Below are positions 60,263 through 64,000 of a stretch of DNA of 64,000 bases, piece by piece (positions within the stretch are counted from its first letter, which is position 1; the number at the start of each line of letters is the position of its first letter). The DNA is taken from contig CM126222.1 in the NCBI GenBank assembly GCA_052327205.1, positions 49,414,001-49,478,000 on the forward strand, in the 5' to 3' direction. A model generated the notes under the pieces. The model was not told the origin of the DNA. It saw nothing but the letters and a program-made list of their open reading frames with translations, and did no database searches. The DNA is from Somniosus microcephalus. Taxonomy: Eukaryota. Both the position numbers and the translations under genes were made by a program.

Positions 60263-62131
60263 TACTGACACAAATTGAGCATCTAGATATGAACTCACCA
60301 GAAAAAAAAAATCAGATAAAACACACACGTACTCAAAGTATTTTTGTGGACTATGTGCACGTTACTATGTGTTGGCACTGAAACTCAGTGAACATACACA
60401 CGGAACTTGGTAGCCAAAAAGAAAGAGAGAAAACTACAAATGTTGAAAATCAGAAATAAAGCAGAAAATGCTGGAAAGCGCAGCAATGCGATCAGTATCA
60501 GAAAGAGAACTGTCCTGATGAAGGATCCCACTCAAAATGCTAACCTGACTTTCTCTTTTAAAGAACCAACCTGCTATGCATTACCACATGTTCTGTTTTC
60601 AAAACAGATTTACATGCTGAACACGCAGACACATAAGCAAATGTACACATACACACGGGACTATATACACCTGTACATACATACATAACCACCTCATCAC
60701 TCCCGTCCAAGCACTGTGGCCTGACACTATTCTGCTGACAACCTAGACCTACTACAGGTCTAGACAGGTAGCAAGCTTTGGTGTGGTTTAGTGAAATCGT
60801 TGGTGTGCAACTAAAACCAAAGAATTTTACCTATGCAAATACACCTACCCCATTCCCTCCCTCTTTTCAAAAAAAATGGACAGTTTAGTCTGATTGAGTA
60901 CAAAGCTTAAATTGTCTGAAATGCAAAAGATTATTTAGAAACCAATAAAAACATGCTACAGCAGCAAATCAAAGAATTGATCATTAGTGATTCCGCAAAC
61001 CTCACAGTGCCAGATAAATTCACCCATACCCCACACCCAGCAGGGAATTACACTCAAAGCGAGGACTGTCGGAGATAGAGTTACAACATTATAAGCACAA
61101 TTCTCCAGCCCGTTCTCCCATCAAGTGTGAATTCCTTCTGGCAATGTGGGATCACTGAATTTACCCTTTATTATTTTAATAACTACAAAGGCAGTAATAA
61201 TACCCAGCATTTGTGAAATTTCAAAATATTTTCACCGAGCAAAAGTAACATTAGAAATCCTTTGTTTTGGATGTTCATAATATTATGTCAGCTCATAAAA
61301 TGGTTCACTTCAGGTGCCAATATCATAACACTGAAGAATTGATCCTTTGTATTCCCGGTTTTATTGCTAGCAGTTTGAAGTTTTAAACAGCCTACAGTCA
61401 GCAGTCAAGGAAGGGGTCAATTTTCCACATTGAGCTGTTGAATCATGCTACATGCACTTTCAGATGAACTTTTAATAAACAATTGTGCTGAAATCTCCTG
61501 GGAAGAGGTTGCATGTGCTTTCTTACCTGCATGCACTCATTCAACTGTAAGCTAATTATGCTAAATAGAGCCAGTGAATGGAGCTTGCTGACCAGACAAA
61601 TCAAAATGTAGGAGGCTTCATAGCACTGTACAGATCGAAGGAAAACAAAAGGAAGATACCCTGGGGAAAGCTCACACAAAATTTAATTTATGAGCCTAAC
61701 CTCAGCCACCGCAGACTCCTTCTGAAAAATCTTGAAGTGAACGCACCTGTATTTTTTGTTTCTAGTTTCCTTGCATCAGTGACTGTGCCATATACAGCCA
61801 TTAGAATCCTCTGCTTGTAAGTGATGTGGGGGGGGGGGGGGGGGGGGAACATGCAAATATTGGACATGGGCCCGAAGTTCAATACTGAGGCAGCTAATGA
61901 AAAAAAAATCTATTTTACAATAAAGCAGTCCAGGAGTAAATTACACTAAACTTACATTTTTAAATAAACTGCTCTTTGTAAATGCATACAGCACAAATAG
62001 TCATCAAATTCATTTGAAAACCATAAACCGTTCAAAAGAATCACGACTAGTGCTTAATATGCTTTGTTTTATTTGTTGACTAGGAGTTCTGTCAAGGAAA
62101 TAGGGTAGGAGGAGCGATTGAGTCCAAAACC

Positions 62132-64000
62132 GGGCCTGAACTTCCTAATCTCCCAGAAATTGTGAAAAATACCTACTTTGTCAATGTCAAGATTAACGGA
62201 CTACTAATGAAATCACAGGAATGAATGTTCTGGAAACTTGCGCTTCCTGATAATATTCATTAGTGGTAATCACAATAAAGAGTCACAATGCACCACGATG
62301 ATCACCCTTTAAGGTTTCTCAAGCAGCTTAAATCGTACATAAAGATTCAAAGGTTTGTTAATCCCAACTGTGGAGTGCACAATTGTAGTACAGAACGACT
62401 CAATGGTGACAGAGAAAATCTCATTTCAGCGACAGTGCACTGCAGGTTCACTTGAATCTTCTAATGAAGTATGGCAAAGCAAGTTTTGGTGGGGGAGAAT
62501 ACCCCAAAGTAGTCAAAGGATGAACTGTGTGCGGGAACACATCAAGATGCTGTGTCATCAACCAGAAGGACCTAGACGGAGGTGAGCAAAAGTTATACGA
62601 CCTAAATGCAAAGGTACTGCCTGAATATTACTATTAAGTAGCTAACAGGTCTTTTATGGATATAATTCAAAGTTGTACATATTAAAGATTTATGCCCCCC
62701 CAAACTGCACTAGCAGAGAAAATGTTAGCAAGGTTATAACAATGAAGATAGCGTGGTTATGAAAATTACACTATACAGTACATACCATGATGGGAGAGAG
62801 AATGAGCTGCAGCAACTTGCGTTCATGGGCCAGATCATCATACCTCAATCCCTACTGCTGTTATATTTAAAGGCAAAACTAGCACAGCATCAGAGAGCAT
62901 GGGTGGAACAGGTGGGGTTTCCAGACAGCATAAGTACTGAGTTCTGATGAGGAAACTGTTGTTGAGCTATTTGGAAGGGAAAGTATGGGGTTTGTGAAAC
63001 TTGTACAATATTGTTACTTCAATACATGACGAAATGCAGAGCAGAGCATGCACCAACAATGTAGTAACTGTAGGTGATGTGTGCTTGGTTACATCTACTC
63101 TCTTCACAGAGCAAGGAGAACCTACTGACCTACTGAAACAGAAAATTAGCACTCGCCAAAGCACAAACCATCACTACTCACTATTGAATCACCCACCACC
63201 ACAAATAGTGAAGATGAGAAAAAAGTAACTGGTGATGAATGTGCTTGCAAGTGGTTCATGAGGGGGCCAATTGATGCAGAAACGGGGTGCAGAATGCTCG
63301 CACCTCTACTGAGTTGTATGGGGCTACAGACCTTATAGGCCTGCTTTGAAATGAGGCCAGTGCAGCAGCAGCAGCAGACTATACTGAGCAGTCACTTTGC
63401 CTCTTTTTGAAAACAAGAGCATGGGGAAGTCTAACAGATGTCATGGGGGAATAGTTATCTGTACTGCAACTGCCATTAAGCATGTGGAAACCCCAGTGGC
63501 ACCTATATGGCCTGATTCACAGGCCATCAGAGCATTTCCTATGTATGTAGCCACTACTCCAATAGAGGCTTTGGGCCCAAACTCCAAGCTGGAGCCATGG
63601 CTGGCTTCAGCTTACTTGGAGAATGGCTACAAACATCCATGAGGGAGGATTTCCAAAATCTTATACAATCTTGTATCATAAGATTCTGAAATCTTATATG
63701 ATCATGGAAATCAACAGACATGTTGAAGGGATGCCATCCAACACTGGCATGCATGATGTAGCACAGGAACAGCCAGTTGGCACTCATGTCAATGACAATT
63801 CAATGGCACCATGTAATCCTGCAGAGGTAACAATAGGCATCATCTCTGAAAGCATTAAGACCAGAGAAATTCCAGCAAAGGGCTGATTGGGACTGATGCA
63901 GATCGATCTGAGTTCATCAAGTCGTGGGCCCTCTGTATCCCCATGCTGCTGACCATTTGACTATGTAGCCACCCACCACTACAACTCTTTCTACCAGGGT
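62132..64000 (+). mobile_element. Harbinger-like element with decayed three-exon Myb/SANT gene (runs off the window)
   Basis: TIR-like GGGCCTGAACTTCC; exon 1 about 62410-62613 RKSHFSDSAL...RT*TEV.K.LYDLNAK|gt; exon 2 from 62873 ag|AKLAQHQR..TGG...LSSDEETVVELFG; exon 3 acceptor at 63109/63110. Confidence 0.75.

Noticed and set aside
61828-61847. G20 run (also a G run near 48952) as a functional G-quadruplex
   Set aside because: Simple homopolymer with unreliable length and no supporting context.

Overview
Vertebrate nuclear DNA, almost certainly from a cartilaginous fish (shark/ray). This follows from the repeats: SacSINE1-like DeuSINEs, HE1 SINE/HER1 LINE-like tails and many CR1 copies. I found no confident host protein-coding gene, rRNA, tRNA gene or CRISPR array; the window reads as intergenic or deep-intronic DNA packed with nested transposons. 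Main contents: (1) a young full-length Mag-type Gypsy retrotransposon (14044-18804; 176-bp LTRs, ACTTG TSD) whose reverse-transcriptase core is replaced by a 220-bp inverted copy of its own protease region, predicting a long hairpin RNA; (2) three solo LTRs, one of 1.49 kb with a 4-bp TSD and a retrovirus/spuma-like layout, one carrying a dense DR1/ETS/STAT motif cassette; (3) many PIF/Harbinger-type MITEs plus 4-5 transposase-less relics carrying Myb/SANT genes, some with intact exon-intron phase; (4) CR1, HER1-like, RTE and L2 LINE fragments, including a chimeric CR1 with a long open RT frame; (5) a Penelope-type repeat whose hammerhead-ribozyme core is split at the cleavage triplet; (6) a 193-bp mini-Helitron; (7) a candidate recursive splice site. 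Family names come from my recollection of consensus motifs, not database searches, and boundaries of old repeats are approximate.
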